This document shows positions 51,127 to 61,016 of a stretch of 64,000 nt of DNA, piece after piece; within the stretch, counting starts at the first letter, position 1, and each line of letters starts with the position of its first letter. This DNA comes from an uncultured Bdellovibrio sp. (GTDB lineage Bacteria; Bdellovibrionota; Bdellovibrionia; Bdellovibrionales; Bdellovibrionaceae). The stretch is from positions 507,391 through 571,390 of the forward strand of contig CAWVRN010000001.1 of NCBI GenBank assembly GCA_963932905.1, in the 5' to 3' direction. A model generated the notes under the pieces. The model made no database searches. It saw nothing but the letters and a program-made list of their open reading frames with translations, and had not been told where the DNA came from. Position numbers and translations under genes: made by a program.

Positions 51127-51172
51127 AAAAACAGGGGACTTTTCCGCAAAAACAGAATTATTAAAAGTCCCC
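51127..51172 (-). terminator. Intrinsic terminator
   Basis: GGGGACTTTT/AAAAGTCCCC arms, T tract on minus strand. Confidence 0.55.
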
Positions 51173-51208
51173 AAAAATTTTTTGATGTAGAACTAAACTT
51201 TTACAAAT

Positions 51209-51739
51209 CTACTTAAGTTCAGTATTAACTTCTGGCTGAGTTAAATGATTTATATAGTTTGATAAAGTCTTAATCGAAACAATCAGCATCACTTCCAAAA
51301 TATTTTGCTGAGTAAAACCTGATTTTAGGAATTTCTCTTGATCTGCCAAAGTTAATCGTCCGCGCTCTTTAACAACCAGGCGTACAAAATCAACTAGCGC
51401 CTTATCTTTAGAATTCGCAATCTCTTTTCCTTCAGATAATGCAAGTAGAGTCTCTAAATTTGCACCTTTCATTTTTCCAATGGCCTTATGAGCTTTAATG
51501 CAAAATTCGCATTTATTTTCAACACTGACAGCCATCAATGCGACCTGCTGATCAGAAACTGAGAAACTAGTCTTTGATACAAGTTCATTAAGTTGCAAAT
51601 AAGCTTCAATCGTCGTTGGCGCTTCAGCCATGTATTCAAACATCGTTGGCACAAATCCGAACGCAGCTTTAATCCCTGTTAAAAGTGGTCGACTTGCAGC
51701 TGGTGCTGATTCAAGTGTGTGTTTTATAAATAATCCCAT
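51209..51739 (-). CDS. CMD/AhpD family protein
   Basis: FGFVP, N.CEFCIKAH, KTLSNYINH. Confidence 0.85.
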   Translation of the reverse strand: MGLFIKHTLESAPAASRPLLTGIKAAFGFVPTMFEYMAEAPTTIEAYLQLNELVSKTSFSVSDQQVALMAVSVENKCEFCIKAHKAIGKMKGANLETLLALSEGKEIANSKDKALVDFVRLVVKERGRLTLADQEKFLKSGFTQQNILEVMLIVSIKTLSNYINHLTQPEVNTELK

Positions 51740-51759
51740 TTTATTCTCCTTAGTTGTAA

Positions 51760-52494
51760 TTATTGAGCAGCCTCAATAATTGTTTTCGTAACTTTATTTG
51801 TATGTGTGACGTGTGGACTATGACTACTATCAACAGTCATAATTTTAGATTTTGCCCGTTCAGCCATAAATTTCTGAACTTCTGGAAGCAGTGCTTTGTC
51901 TTTTTGTGTTAATAGGTACCAAGATTTAATTTGTGACCACGCTGGTTTACCCATCGGCTCAGCAAAAATAGATCCTGATATCGGACGTTGAGATGCAGCT
52001 AAAACCAAAGCTTTATGGTTTGAAGCTTCATTTATCAAAATCTCTCTATATTTTTCGTTTTTAATATAGATAGAACCAGTTTCATCTGGCTGTAGTGCTT
52101 CATTAATTGGAGCTAGTTCAAATTTATTGATTAATTGACCTAATTGTTCTGTTTCATCAGGAGCAAATGCAGCAATATAGACTAATGATTTTACATTTGA
52201 TTTTCCAAAGGCCGCCTGAGTAATGACAGCCCCTCCATAGGAGTGCCCAACCAATACTACCTGTTTTTCTTTAGCAATAACCTTCTGAGTATTGTCTACA
52301 TCTTCTTTAAGACTTACTAAGTTATTTTGAAGTGCGATAACTTTATAACCTTTTTTAATTAGCTGGGATGTGACTTTGTTCCAAGATGATCCATCTTCAA
52401 ATGCACCATGGACTAACACCACCGTTGGCAGCTCAGTCGCATAAGTTAATGCAGACGTTAATAGTATATGTATCAGTATTATAATTTTTTTCAC
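51760..52494 (-). CDS. Exported alpha/beta hydrolase
   Basis: LVHGAF, GHSYGG, SSHSP; signal peptide. Confidence 0.88.
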   Translation of the reverse strand: MKKIIILIHILLTSALTYATELPTVVLVHGAFEDGSSWNKVTSQLIKKGYKVIALQNNLVSLKEDVDNTQKVIAKEKQVVLVGHSYGGAVITQAAFGKSNVKSLVYIAAFAPDETEQLGQLINKFELAPINEALQPDETGSIYIKNEKYREILINEASNHKALVLAASQRPISGSIFAEPMGKPAWSQIKSWYLLTQKDKALLPEVQKFMAERAKSKIMTVDSSHSPHVTHTNKVTKTIIEAAQ

Positions 52495-52596
52495 AGAAAA
52501 CTCCTTTTTTGTTAATTGCCTATTAAAGACATGATATAGTAATTAAAATGCACTTAAAATGCTTTAAAAAGCTTTTTACATCCTTTAAAGGACAAT

Positions 52597-53481
52597 ATGG
52601 ATGCACTATCTAAAATTTTAAACTTGCTTAATCTGGATGTAGATATTTATCATAACGCCAAAATTTGCGGTAACTGGCAAATCAATGAGAAACATTTGGG
52701 GCAAACTTGCTTTCATGTTGTGACATCAGATCGATGTCGATTAAACATCCCGCCAAAACTCACGACAGATCTTGTTTATGGGGATCTTATTATTTTTCCA
52801 AAAGAAATAAAGCACAGTATGCTACCCACAACTCGAGAAACAGCAAAACCAAAAATTTTTTCATTTAACAGCGAAAGTAAACTTAACAGCACTGGTTTAC
52901 TCTGTGCTGATATACGCTTTGCACATCGTGGAAGTGAATCTATTTTAAATATTTTACCTGAGTATATCATATTTCGATACTCTGAAATTAAAGGTTGGAT
53001 GCAGCCTATTTTAGAACTTATTATTTACGAAAATATGAAACAAAACTCTTTAGGACAAAAAGCAAAATTAAATAAACTCGCAGAATTAATTTTTTTAAAC
53101 GCCCTTGGTGACTATATTTCTATTCCACAAAAAAAAGGGCACTTTATGAATGTTCTTTCTGATTCAAGTCTTTATCCCATTGTTTCTGCTGTAGTTGATA
53201 AACCTGAATTTAATTGGGATTTAGATTCAATGGCGGCCTGTGGCCATATTTCTAGATCATCGCTCCTGCAAAAGTTTCGAAAGATTGGAAACACTACACC
53301 TATGCAATTTTTATCTTGGTGGCGGCTGCAAAAGTCTTGGACTTTACTCAATTCGGGCACAAATGTTGACCAAGCTAGTTACTCGGTTGGTTATCAGTCG
53401 TTATCTGCATTTAATAAAGCTTTTAAGGATTTTTTTGGCCAAACACCTGGATCAGTAAAGAATGAAAAAAAAATGTTGTAA
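52597..53481 (+). CDS. AraC-family regulator with cupin_6 domain (RclR-like)
   Basis: MDALS, FHVV, LLCA, SRS..F..TPMQFL..WR, VGYQS..AF.KAFK. Confidence 0.88.
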   Translation: MDALSKILNLLNLDVDIYHNAKICGNWQINEKHLGQTCFHVVTSDRCRLNIPPKLTTDLVYGDLIIFPKEIKHSMLPTTRETAKPKIFSFNSESKLNSTGLLCADIRFAHRGSESILNILPEYIIFRYSEIKGWMQPILELIIYENMKQNSLGQKAKLNKLAELIFLNALGDYISIPQKKGHFMNVLSDSSLYPIVSAVVDKPEFNWDLDSMAACGHISRSSLLQKFRKIGNTTPMQFLSWWRLQKSWTLLNSGTNVDQASYSVGYQSLSAFNKAFKDFFGQTPGSVKNEKKML

Positions 53482-53615
53482 ACTCCTAGTCGCTCGAAAA
53501 CTTCATATTGAAATTGTGGACTAAAAGAACCTTTTCAGTATGCTCTTAATATGGAGCTATGGGACTGATTTTTACTACTCTCAAGACTCAATAGAGTCTT
53601 CTCGCCTAAAGCCAA

Positions 53616-53867
53616 CTACTGGCCTGAATTTCCAGACTTTTTAGCATTTTGAATGATTTTATTTTCTAGGTCACGAACGTGTTCTGGGTCAGTTTTTGTT
53701 ATATTTCGAAAATTTTGTCGCAATTGAATGGCGATCGCTTTTAATTGCTTGGAATAGGCCGAACAGTGCTTACACATGAAAAGATGCGCTCGAAGCTCAA
53801 GTTTTTGACTAAACTTGAGTTCTTGATCTGAGGACATAATATGAACGATCTCTTTACAGGATAACAT
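53616..53867 (-). CDS. Zinc-finger (ZAS) anti-sigma factor
   Basis: MLSCKE...HLFMCKHC (HxxxCxxC). Confidence 0.85.
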   Translation of the reverse strand: MLSCKEIVHIMSSDQELKFSQKLELRAHLFMCKHCSAYSKQLKAIAIQLRQNFRNITKTDPEHVRDLENKIIQNAKKSGNSGQ

Positions 53868-54457
53868 TATTTTATTTCCACTTTTCTTTCGATGCATTCT
53901 CTCAAGCGATTTTTTGCTCGAAAAAGAAGGACACCTAGATTAGTGTTAGTTACGTCCAAAATCTTACAAATTTCAGGCATTTCTAAGTCTTCAACCTCTC
54001 GAAAGCAAAACGCTGCCCTTTGATTGACTGGTAAGTGCTCTATACAGTCTTGAATGACCTGTAGGCTTTGAATAGACTCGACGAAGCGGTCTGGTGCAAT
54101 AGGTGGCTTAGCCCAAGAGCCATGTTGGCTAAACCGATCCGCCAATACCTCATCAATCGGATCATGATTGTCGTTTTTTCTGTTCTCGCGTTTAAATTCA
54201 CGGGATTTATTAATTAGAATTCCGAACAGAAAGGTCTTTAATTGCGACCTTCCCTCAAATGTGTGGACCACTTCAAAAAAAGTAGCCCAAACCGATTGAA
54301 CAAGATCATCTGCCTGCTGCGTCCTAAAACCAAGACTCAAGGCTCCCTTAAGCAACATTTCAGTGTATTGCTTAACAATACCTTCGATGGCTTCCCAATT
54401 TTGAGAGCGAAATGCGGCTAATATTTCAGGTGTTGTAGATAATCCCGGCGTTGTCAT
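53867..54457 (-). CDS. ECF sigma factor
   Basis: ADDLVQ, FEGRSQLKTFLFGIL, LP..QR.AF..RE, EIC.IL..NLGVLLFRAK.RLR. Confidence 0.9.
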   Translation of the reverse strand: MTTPGLSTTPEILAAFRSQNWEAIEGIVKQYTEMLLKGALSLGFRTQQADDLVQSVWATFFEVVHTFEGRSQLKTFLFGILINKSREFKRENRKNDNHDPIDEVLADRFSQHGSWAKPPIAPDRFVESIQSLQVIQDCIEHLPVNQRAAFCFREVEDLEMPEICKILDVTNTNLGVLLFRAKNRLRECIERKVEIK

Positions 54458-54639
54458 TTCGTACAATGTACACATATTAACATTATTTTGGCAAGTTTTT
54501 GAGTGAAAACAAAAATCTCCTAGATGCAATCGAGACGCGCTGTCTAGTTCTTACAAGATCTTTTAACATCTACGATGCATATGAGTCAGTAATCGCTAAC
54601 TTTTTACTTAAATAGTTAACGCTCGAACGAACATAAATA

Positions 54640-54686
54640 CGTCACTAATAGAAATTAATTTTAAAAATTAGTTTCTATTAGTGACG
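54640..54686. terminator. Long inverted repeat after 54704 gene
   Basis: CGTCACTAATAGAAA...TTTCTATTAGTGACG. Confidence 0.5.
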
Positions 54687-54703
54687 AAATATTTGAGACG
54701 GTC

Positions 54704-55210
54704 TTAATTACAAGTAACTGTAGCTAAAACATCAGGGCCAACCTGGTATCCAACATGATATCCGATTCCGATATTTAAAATGATTGGACCGACTTCATTC
54801 TCGGTTTGAGCCAATTGTGGAATTGAAAGTGTTTCGCCACCAGCCCATTGAGCATTCGAGTAATCTAGTTTGCTAGCTGCTTCCGATGTTGAGAAAATAA
54901 ATACTCGAGAAGATGTTCTTAATGGTAACCGAGGTTTATCTTGATTCTGCTGAGAAAGTTCAATTGAAAAAAAATCTTTACCTATTTGCGTAACTAAAGT
55001 TAATGACTCAGTCTTATTGGGAAAATGTCTTACCTTCTTAATGATGGATTCCGCATGAGCAGTTTGACCATTTTCCTGATACGAAACTTCACAATTTTTA
55101 ACATCGCTCAATTTAACATCAGAAGTTTGAAACAAATTTACATCAGCACTTGCGACAGGCAAGTAAGATGAAGAAATCACGAGACCAAGTAAGATAGTTC
55201 TTTTTAACAT
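54704..55210 (-). CDS. Hypothetical secreted protein
   Basis: AGGAG RBS, signal peptide ending ASA. Confidence 0.65.
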   Translation of the reverse strand: MLKRTILLGLVISSSYLPVASADVNLFQTSDVKLSDVKNCEVSYQENGQTAHAESIIKKVRHFPNKTESLTLVTQIGKDFFSIELSQQNQDKPRLPLRTSSRVFIFSTSEAASKLDYSNAQWAGGETLSIPQLAQTENEVGPIILNIGIGYHVGYQVGPDVLATVTCN

Positions 55211-55610
55211 AAAAGCTCCTTTAGTATATTGAATCGAATTAATGATCGATTGCTTATAGTATAAGTGCATATTCGAACCGAAATATTACAGATTTATTTT
55301 TTATCTGCAGAATTTTTTTAAAATTATTATTTATCGACAGCTTTTTTGTAAATTTAAGACTGGTGAACTTCAGATTTGGCTTAGTTTACGGATGTAAAAA
55401 TTACAGGTTATAACCTCTTTTTCAATAATTGATTTTCTAAATTGTTTTTTATAACTTCATTTTGAAACCAAATAATAAATCGAGTGTTGGAGCAGCTTTC
55501 ATCAACCTCTAATTGGCCAACCGACTAATGTGAGTAAGTTCATTAAAAAAATTTTCGGTACAATATAAAACTAAGTAGTGACTAGAAGAAGCTGCCTGCC
55601 GAAAGTGTGG

Positions 55611-55949
55611 TTAAAAAATTAATGTTTTGTCGGACCAACAGGTCCAGTCTGCTACTTCATCCAAGGTGCCTCTTTTAACTCCGCTTATTAGCTGCGAAAC
55701 AGAAATTATTCGAGCATCTAGACAGGAACCACAAGTACTAATCTCGCAATTTTGCTTTAAAATATTTTCGATAAGTGATTGAGTTGATTTTAAGTTGGTT
55801 TCTGAGTCTTGCTTCGCACACAGTACGCCATCGCCAAAAAAATAAACTTTAACTACTGCATTTTCAATTCTAGACAAAGAGTTTGCTAATCGCAGTCCAT
55901 TATAACTTTTTTCGTTCAAGCCTTCATTGAAGATAAAAAGATACTTCAT
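55611..55949 (-). CDS. DsrE/YchN family sulfur-relay protein
   Basis: SYNGLRLA, FFGDGV.CA, CGSCLDAR. Confidence 0.85.
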   Translation of the reverse strand: MKYLFIFNEGLNEKSYNGLRLANSLSRIENAVVKVYFFGDGVLCAKQDSETNLKSTQSLIENILKQNCEISTCGSCLDARIISVSQLISGVKRGTLDEVADWTCWSDKTLIF

Positions 55950-55964
55950 TTTTTTGATCCTTTG

Positions 55965-56999
55965 CTAAATTGATTGTTTTTGGATTTGTTTTCCACATTG
56001 CAGATTTGCGGGTACAGCTTCATCTATTTTTTTTGGTTTTGGTAACTTAAGATTGTCCATAATTTTAATAAAATCTTCTTTTTCTTTTTTATTTGAAATT
56101 CTTGAATTTAATCTTTTCTCATCGACAATTGTTGTATGAGTAAAACCATTGTAGTCGTGTCCAGGAAAAACTTTTGTATTATCTGGCAACGTATAGAGTT
56201 TGTTGTGAATACTATCAAATAATTCTGATGATGATCCATTTTGAAAATCCGTGCGCCCAGCAGACCTAATTAATAGAGTATCCCCTGTGAAAACTGACCC
56301 TGCACAGAAAAAACTTAAACTTTCGCTAGTATGACCAGGGGTTTCTAAAACTTTGATTGTGAATCGGCCAAACTTAATTTCCTGACCATCTATTAGTTCA
56401 AGATCAGCACAGCAAACACCAGCTTTTTTACTCACGCCAGATTTAGCACCAGTCTGTTTTTTAATTTTACTGCTTCCAGTGATATGATCCGCATGAAGAT
56501 GTGTATCAAGAATATAGAGTAATTCTAAATTTAAGTCTTCAATGAGTCTCAAATCTCTATCGACAGTTTCCAGAACTGGATCAATCAGAACGGCCTCACG
56601 GGTTATTTTATCAGCTAATAAATATGTGTATGACGAAGATTCTTTTTCAAATAACTGATGAATCATAATTTCGTTTTGTTGATGATTTGTAAGATCAATA
56701 TTTTTTTGAATCCAAGAATAATATCCTCCTTCTAGGGGTAGAGATGTCCTTCCAATTTCATTAAGTATAGTTGCTGCTCGGTCTGATCTGCCTCCGCCTT
56801 TACCACAGTAGGTTACAATCAGATTATTGGATTGGATGATGTCATGCTTTTTACTTAATTCTTCTACGGGAATATGAATTGCTCCATAAATATGTCCATT
56901 CTGAAATTCTTCTAAATTTCGAATATCAAGAACTGTGACATTGTTATTTATCATTAGCTGCAATAAAATTTCTGCTGAAATTGTTTTTAATTGGTTCAT
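55965..56999 (-). CDS. Rhodanese-persulfide dioxygenase (ETHE1-like) fusion
   Basis: LDIR..GHI..YCGKGGGRS; SSSYTYLL, THLHADH, TPGHT, GRTDFQ, PGHDY. Confidence 0.9.
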   Translation of the reverse strand: MNQLKTISAEILLQLMINNNVTVLDIRNLEEFQNGHIYGAIHIPVEELSKKHDIIQSNNLIVTYCGKGGGRSDRAATILNEIGRTSLPLEGGYYSWIQKNIDLTNHQQNEIMIHQLFEKESSSYTYLLADKITREAVLIDPVLETVDRDLRLIEDLNLELLYILDTHLHADHITGSSKIKKQTGAKSGVSKKAGVCCADLELIDGQEIKFGRFTIKVLETPGHTSESLSFFCAGSVFTGDTLLIRSAGRTDFQNGSSSELFDSIHNKLYTLPDNTKVFPGHDYNGFTHTTIVDEKRLNSRISNKKEKEDFIKIMDNLKLPKPKKIDEAVPANLQCGKQIQKQSI

Positions 57000-57006
57000 T
57001 ATAATC

Positions 57007-58248
57007 CTATTTTTTTAAAGTTTCAGACATGCGTATTGAAACTACTACACCAGATAAAAATGTGATAAGCCCTACAAGGCCAATTGCAGCTCCAAGCCCA
57101 AAAAAATCTGCTACAATGCCTGAAATAATTGCGCCAATCGCATATCCAGAATCACGCCAAAATCGATACACACCCACAGATGAAGCCCTCCAACTTGGGT
57201 GAGCCACATCACCAATGGCAGCCAACAACGTTGGATATACCATGGCTGTTCCAACTCCTAACAGCACACCACCAATCGCATACCCAAAAATTGAATCAGA
57301 AAATAAAGTAAACATAATTCCTACAGCCTGAACCCACATACCCCAAGCAATAAGACCTTTACGTCCTAACGAATCAGAGAGATGTCCTGTCCAAAGCTGA
57401 CTCAACCCCCATGTTGCGGGATAAATAGCTGCTAGCCAGCCAATTTTTTCGATACCCAGTCCGTGAGAATCATATAGGATCGGAAAAAGTCCCCAGGCCA
57501 TGCCATCATTTAAGTTATTCACAAAGCCAGCTTGTGTGACGGATGATAAATTTTTATCATTAAATGTAGTTTTTAAAAAAATTTCTTTTTGAGTAAGATT
57601 TTTTTCTGAATGGTTTTGGTTAGGTGTTTGAAGTGATTCGTGACTAACATGATGTTTAGTTTCTTTCACCATAAATAAACTCATTAGCAAACCGAGTACA
57701 ACGTAAACAATTCCTAGATAAAAAGGTTCTGGCCTCAAAGAATAATTACTTGCGATGTATCCTGTAGCAAGAGCTGAACTAGCCACAGCAAAATAGCCTG
57801 CAAATTCATTAAATCCCATGGCTAGTCCTCTTTTAGTTGGACCAACCAAATCAATTTTCATAATCACAGTGGTTGACCATGTTAATCCTTGGCTAATTCC
57901 TAGAAATAAATTTGCAACAAGTACCCAAGACCAACTGGGAGCCCACATTAATAAAAAAGGCACCGGAATAGCAAAAAGCCACCCCAGTATAAGAATGTTT
58001 TTCCGACCATAATGATCAGACCAACGACCTGCTAAATAATTGGTGATAGCTTTTGTGAAACCAAATACGACAATAAATGATAAAATGGCTGATTTGACTA
58101 CAAGGTGAAATTCTTTTTCAGCAATCTGAGGTAAAATACTTCGTTCAAGTCCTATCATCGCACCAACAAAAGCATTCACGATAACTAATAGAGTAAATTG
58201 ATACCAATTTTCTTTAAGTCCCAACTGTAAAATTTTTTTTGAATTCAT
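57007..58248 (-). CDS. MFS transporter
   Basis: Multi-TM pattern, G..SD..GRK in both halves, NNLNDGMAWG, GVYRFWRD. Confidence 0.88.
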   Translation of the reverse strand: MNSKKILQLGLKENWYQFTLLVIVNAFVGAMIGLERSILPQIAEKEFHLVVKSAILSFIVVFGFTKAITNYLAGRWSDHYGRKNILILGWLFAIPVPFLLMWAPSWSWVLVANLFLGISQGLTWSTTVIMKIDLVGPTKRGLAMGFNEFAGYFAVASSALATGYIASNYSLRPEPFYLGIVYVVLGLLMSLFMVKETKHHVSHESLQTPNQNHSEKNLTQKEIFLKTTFNDKNLSSVTQAGFVNNLNDGMAWGLFPILYDSHGLGIEKIGWLAAIYPATWGLSQLWTGHLSDSLGRKGLIAWGMWVQAVGIMFTLFSDSIFGYAIGGVLLGVGTAMVYPTLLAAIGDVAHPSWRASSVGVYRFWRDSGYAIGAIISGIVADFFGLGAAIGLVGLITFLSGVVVSIRMSETLKK

Positions 58249-58249
58249 T

Positions 58250-58918
58250 TTATACAACTTTCTTTGCTTCAAGAGGGAGCCCATGAGAAGCCCACTCATG
58301 AACGCCATCTTTGATGAATGAAGCTTTAAACCCCTTTTTTCGTAGCAATTCGACAGCCTCTTTTGCAAAAAAACAATAAGGTCCTCTGCAATAAGCCACT
58401 ATCTCTGTTTTTTTAGAAAATTGGCGAAGCTCTGTATTCAATAGAGAGAGTGGAACAGAAATGGAATACGGTATGTGTGACGTATTGTATTCATCAATAG
58501 GACGTACATCTAAGAGAATTAAATCTCCAGCTTTAGCTTTCGCTAAGAGTTGTTTTCGATTTTGAATTTCAAATAGCAAAGACTCATTGAAAATTTCTGA
58601 AGTTATTTTTTGAATTTCATTAAAGTTATTCTCACTAAAAAGTCTTAGTTTGTAAACAAAATCAATAATTTCTTTATTTGGTATAAAATAATACACATAT
58701 TTTCCATCACGTCTTGATTCAACTAAATGTGCAGCTTTAAGCTCTTTAAGTTGTGCGCTCGCATTTTTAATTCCTAAATCTGCTTCTTCCGCCAATTTTT
58801 CAACTGACTTTTCACCCTGACTAAGAAGATCTAAAATTTCAATTCTTTTAGGACTAGAAAGTGCTTTTGTTGCTCTTGCGATTTGTTCGTATATGGCATT
58901 TTTTATCTGTCTTTTCAT
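58250..58918 (-). CDS. ArsR/SmtB regulator with rhodanese domain
   Basis: KALSSPKRIEIL..SVE.LA..ASAQLKEL; DVRP..EY..HIP, YCRGPYC. Confidence 0.9.
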   Translation of the reverse strand: MKRQIKNAIYEQIARATKALSSPKRIEILDLLSQGEKSVEKLAEEADLGIKNASAQLKELKAAHLVESRRDGKYVYYFIPNKEIIDFVYKLRLFSENNFNEIQKITSEIFNESLLFEIQNRKQLLAKAKAGDLILLDVRPIDEYNTSHIPYSISVPLSLLNTELRQFSKKTEIVAYCRGPYCFFAKEAVELLRKKGFKASFIKDGVHEWASHGLPLEAKKVV

Positions 58919-58925
58919 GTCTAAC

Positions 58926-58945
58926 ATTCTAACGAATATTAGAAC
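58926..58945. promoter_or_regulatory. Candidate ArsR operator
   Basis: TTCTAA-N6-TTAGAA palindrome just upstream of the start. Confidence 0.5.
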
Positions 58946-59006
58946 ATAATGCAATAAATTTAAAAAAGCCGTGCAAATATTGGATATTACTATTGTAATT
59001 TTAAAA

Positions 59007-60137
59007 CTAAGAGTAAAAGTTCAACTTTTTAAGTGAATATATGACTTCATGAACTTCATCTAAGGTTGTTGTTGTTCCCAATGAAAATCTAATCGCGCCA
59101 AGAGCAATTCTGGAATCGATATTCATAGCCTTTAAAACTGGTGAGATTGTATCATGACCAGAATGGCAGGCAGATCCAGTTGACGCTGCCAAATTTGGTA
59201 ATTTAGATAAAATCTGATTTCCACTTCGATCGACAAAAGATATATTTAAGGTATTTGGTAGGCAGCGATGAATATGCCCATTTCTAACGATTTTATCTCC
59301 AAATTCCACTTTAAGCAATTCCCACATTTTATCTCTTAATTGTGATACTTCAGTCATGTTGTTTGATACTGTGTTAATTGCTAATTTAGCAGCTTCTCCC
59401 ATCGCTATGCTGAGTAGTATATTTTCTGTTCCAGCTCGTTGTCCCATCTCATGACCAGCACCTTGTATTAGTGGATCTATGATCACATTTTTACGAATGA
59501 ATAGAGCGCCAATGCCCTTAGGAGCATATAATTTGTGTCCTGCAATTGAAAGCAAATCAACCCCAAGTTTTTTAACATCAATTTTCACTTTTCCGACAGA
59601 TTGAGCAGCATCAGTATGTAAATTAATTTTGGCGACTTTGGTAATTTCTGCTATTTCCTCAATTGACTGCAATGTCCCAACTTCATTATTTGAATGCATA
59701 ATTGAAACCAAAATAGTGTCTTTACGAAGTGCATTTTGAACGTCCCTAGGATTTATAAGACCATAAGAATCCACAGGTAAATAGGTAATATCAGCTCCAA
59801 ATTTTTTTAGATAATCACAAGGATTTTTTATCGCCGGATGCTCTATGGCTGAAGTAACAATATGTTTCCCTTTTTGCATATTAGCAAAAAAAATACCCTT
59901 GATAGCATGATTGTTTGATTCGCTACCACCACTGGTAAAATAAATTTCTTCCGGTGAGCAGTTGATAAGGTCTGCAACTTGCTGTCTTGAGTTTTCGAGT
60001 TGTGCTTTAAATGGTGAACCGGCCCAATGTTGACTAGATGGATTGCCTATTAGGACATCCAAATTTCTAGTTAGAGATTCTTTAACTTCCTGAGCTATTG
60101 GTGTACTTGCATTAAAATCGAAATAAAGGTTTTTCAT
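59007..60137 (-). CDS. Cysteine desulfurase (IscS/NifS family)
   Basis: YFDFNAST, FTSGGSESNN, EH, DAAQ, AGHK, GSACH. Confidence 0.93.
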   Translation of the reverse strand: MKNLYFDFNASTPIAQEVKESLTRNLDVLIGNPSSQHWAGSPFKAQLENSRQQVADLINCSPEEIYFTSGGSESNNHAIKGIFFANMQKGKHIVTSAIEHPAIKNPCDYLKKFGADITYLPVDSYGLINPRDVQNALRKDTILVSIMHSNNEVGTLQSIEEIAEITKVAKINLHTDAAQSVGKVKIDVKKLGVDLLSIAGHKLYAPKGIGALFIRKNVIIDPLIQGAGHEMGQRAGTENILLSIAMGEAAKLAINTVSNNMTEVSQLRDKMWELLKVEFGDKIVRNGHIHRCLPNTLNISFVDRSGNQILSKLPNLAASTGSACHSGHDTISPVLKAMNIDSRIALGAIRFSLGTTTTLDEVHEVIYSLKKLNFYS

Positions 60138-60288
60138 TTCAATTATAGTATATTTAAATGAAAAGAAATACAAATAGCTTGGTTCTGATTGCGAAAAAAT
60201 AGATTTTAAAAAAATTGCAGAGATCTTTGATGGGACTTGATAAATTCTCTTAGTTTATTACTTGCAACTTATTTGTGACGATCTAAAT

Positions 60289-60735
60289 TCAATCTAGGTC
60301 TTCAACCAAAACTTCTACGTCATGAGTCCAGTAATAAGTGCTTCCATTGTCGAACGAGATAATATTACCTTCTGTTTCTTCTGCAGACTCGTATTCTGAC
60401 TGAGCACATTCCCAAGAAATCGGATCTTGATCTTTCATCACGGTTATTGCGTTTAAGGTCATCCAGCCAACGGTGATAGTTTCACTTTCAAGAGTTGAAC
60501 GAACAGACTCTTCAAAAGCTTCAGATAAATCTATAGGGGATAATTCTAATTGTAAGATTTCTTCAATGATCCAATCTAAGCCATACTCGCAGCCATTTTC
60601 AGTGACCCGCATGAGCTCATCACTATGACATTTATTGCAAACTCCATTTGGACATCCTTGATAGCAGGTGTAGCAAAATGGTTTTGATCGAATAAGGGCT
60701 AATTTTTCAAGTTTTGATTTTAATTCTGTGTTCAT
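60289..60735 (-). CDS. Hypothetical acidic protein with N-terminal CxxC/CxxC
   Basis: PFCYTCY..C..CNKCHSD; AGGAG RBS. Confidence 0.75.
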   Translation of the reverse strand: MNTELKSKLEKLALIRSKPFCYTCYQGCPNGVCNKCHSDELMRVTENGCEYGLDWIIEEILQLELSPIDLSEAFEESVRSTLESETITVGWMTLNAITVMKDQDPISWECAQSEYESAEETEGNIISFDNGSTYYWTHDVEVLVEDLD

Positions 60736-60741
60736 AAAATT

Positions 60742-60968
60742 TCTCCTGTTTTTATTTGTGAGCCGCTCTTGTTTCAGCGACCTCTACACCTACGGCTGAG
60801 AGGTCCGAGGAGTCAGGTGAAAGCAAAGTGCAGTCAAATTCTTAAGATCCGACCAAGCAAGGCGGCATGAGGTGTGATAATTTTGAAAAAATTGGCGCAT
60901 CCTCAATGCGAAGGATCTGGCTCGAAGAATTTTATGAAACGTGCGCCAAATTTAAAGCAAACAGGAGA
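60742..60968. other. Nested inverted-repeat leader (candidate ssDNA promoter or structured RNA)
   Basis: TCTCCTGTTT/AAACAGGAGA closing arms plus several internal stems. Confidence 0.45.
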
Positions 60969-61016
60969 TTTGAATACGAAATCTATCGGCTTGAATTTTT
61001 GGTCTTAGTTACAGGC

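Noticed and set aside
54640..54686. TCACTAATAG copies as additional ECF promoters
   Set aside because: No GTAAG at 17-nt spacing on either strand; better explained as a terminator hairpin.
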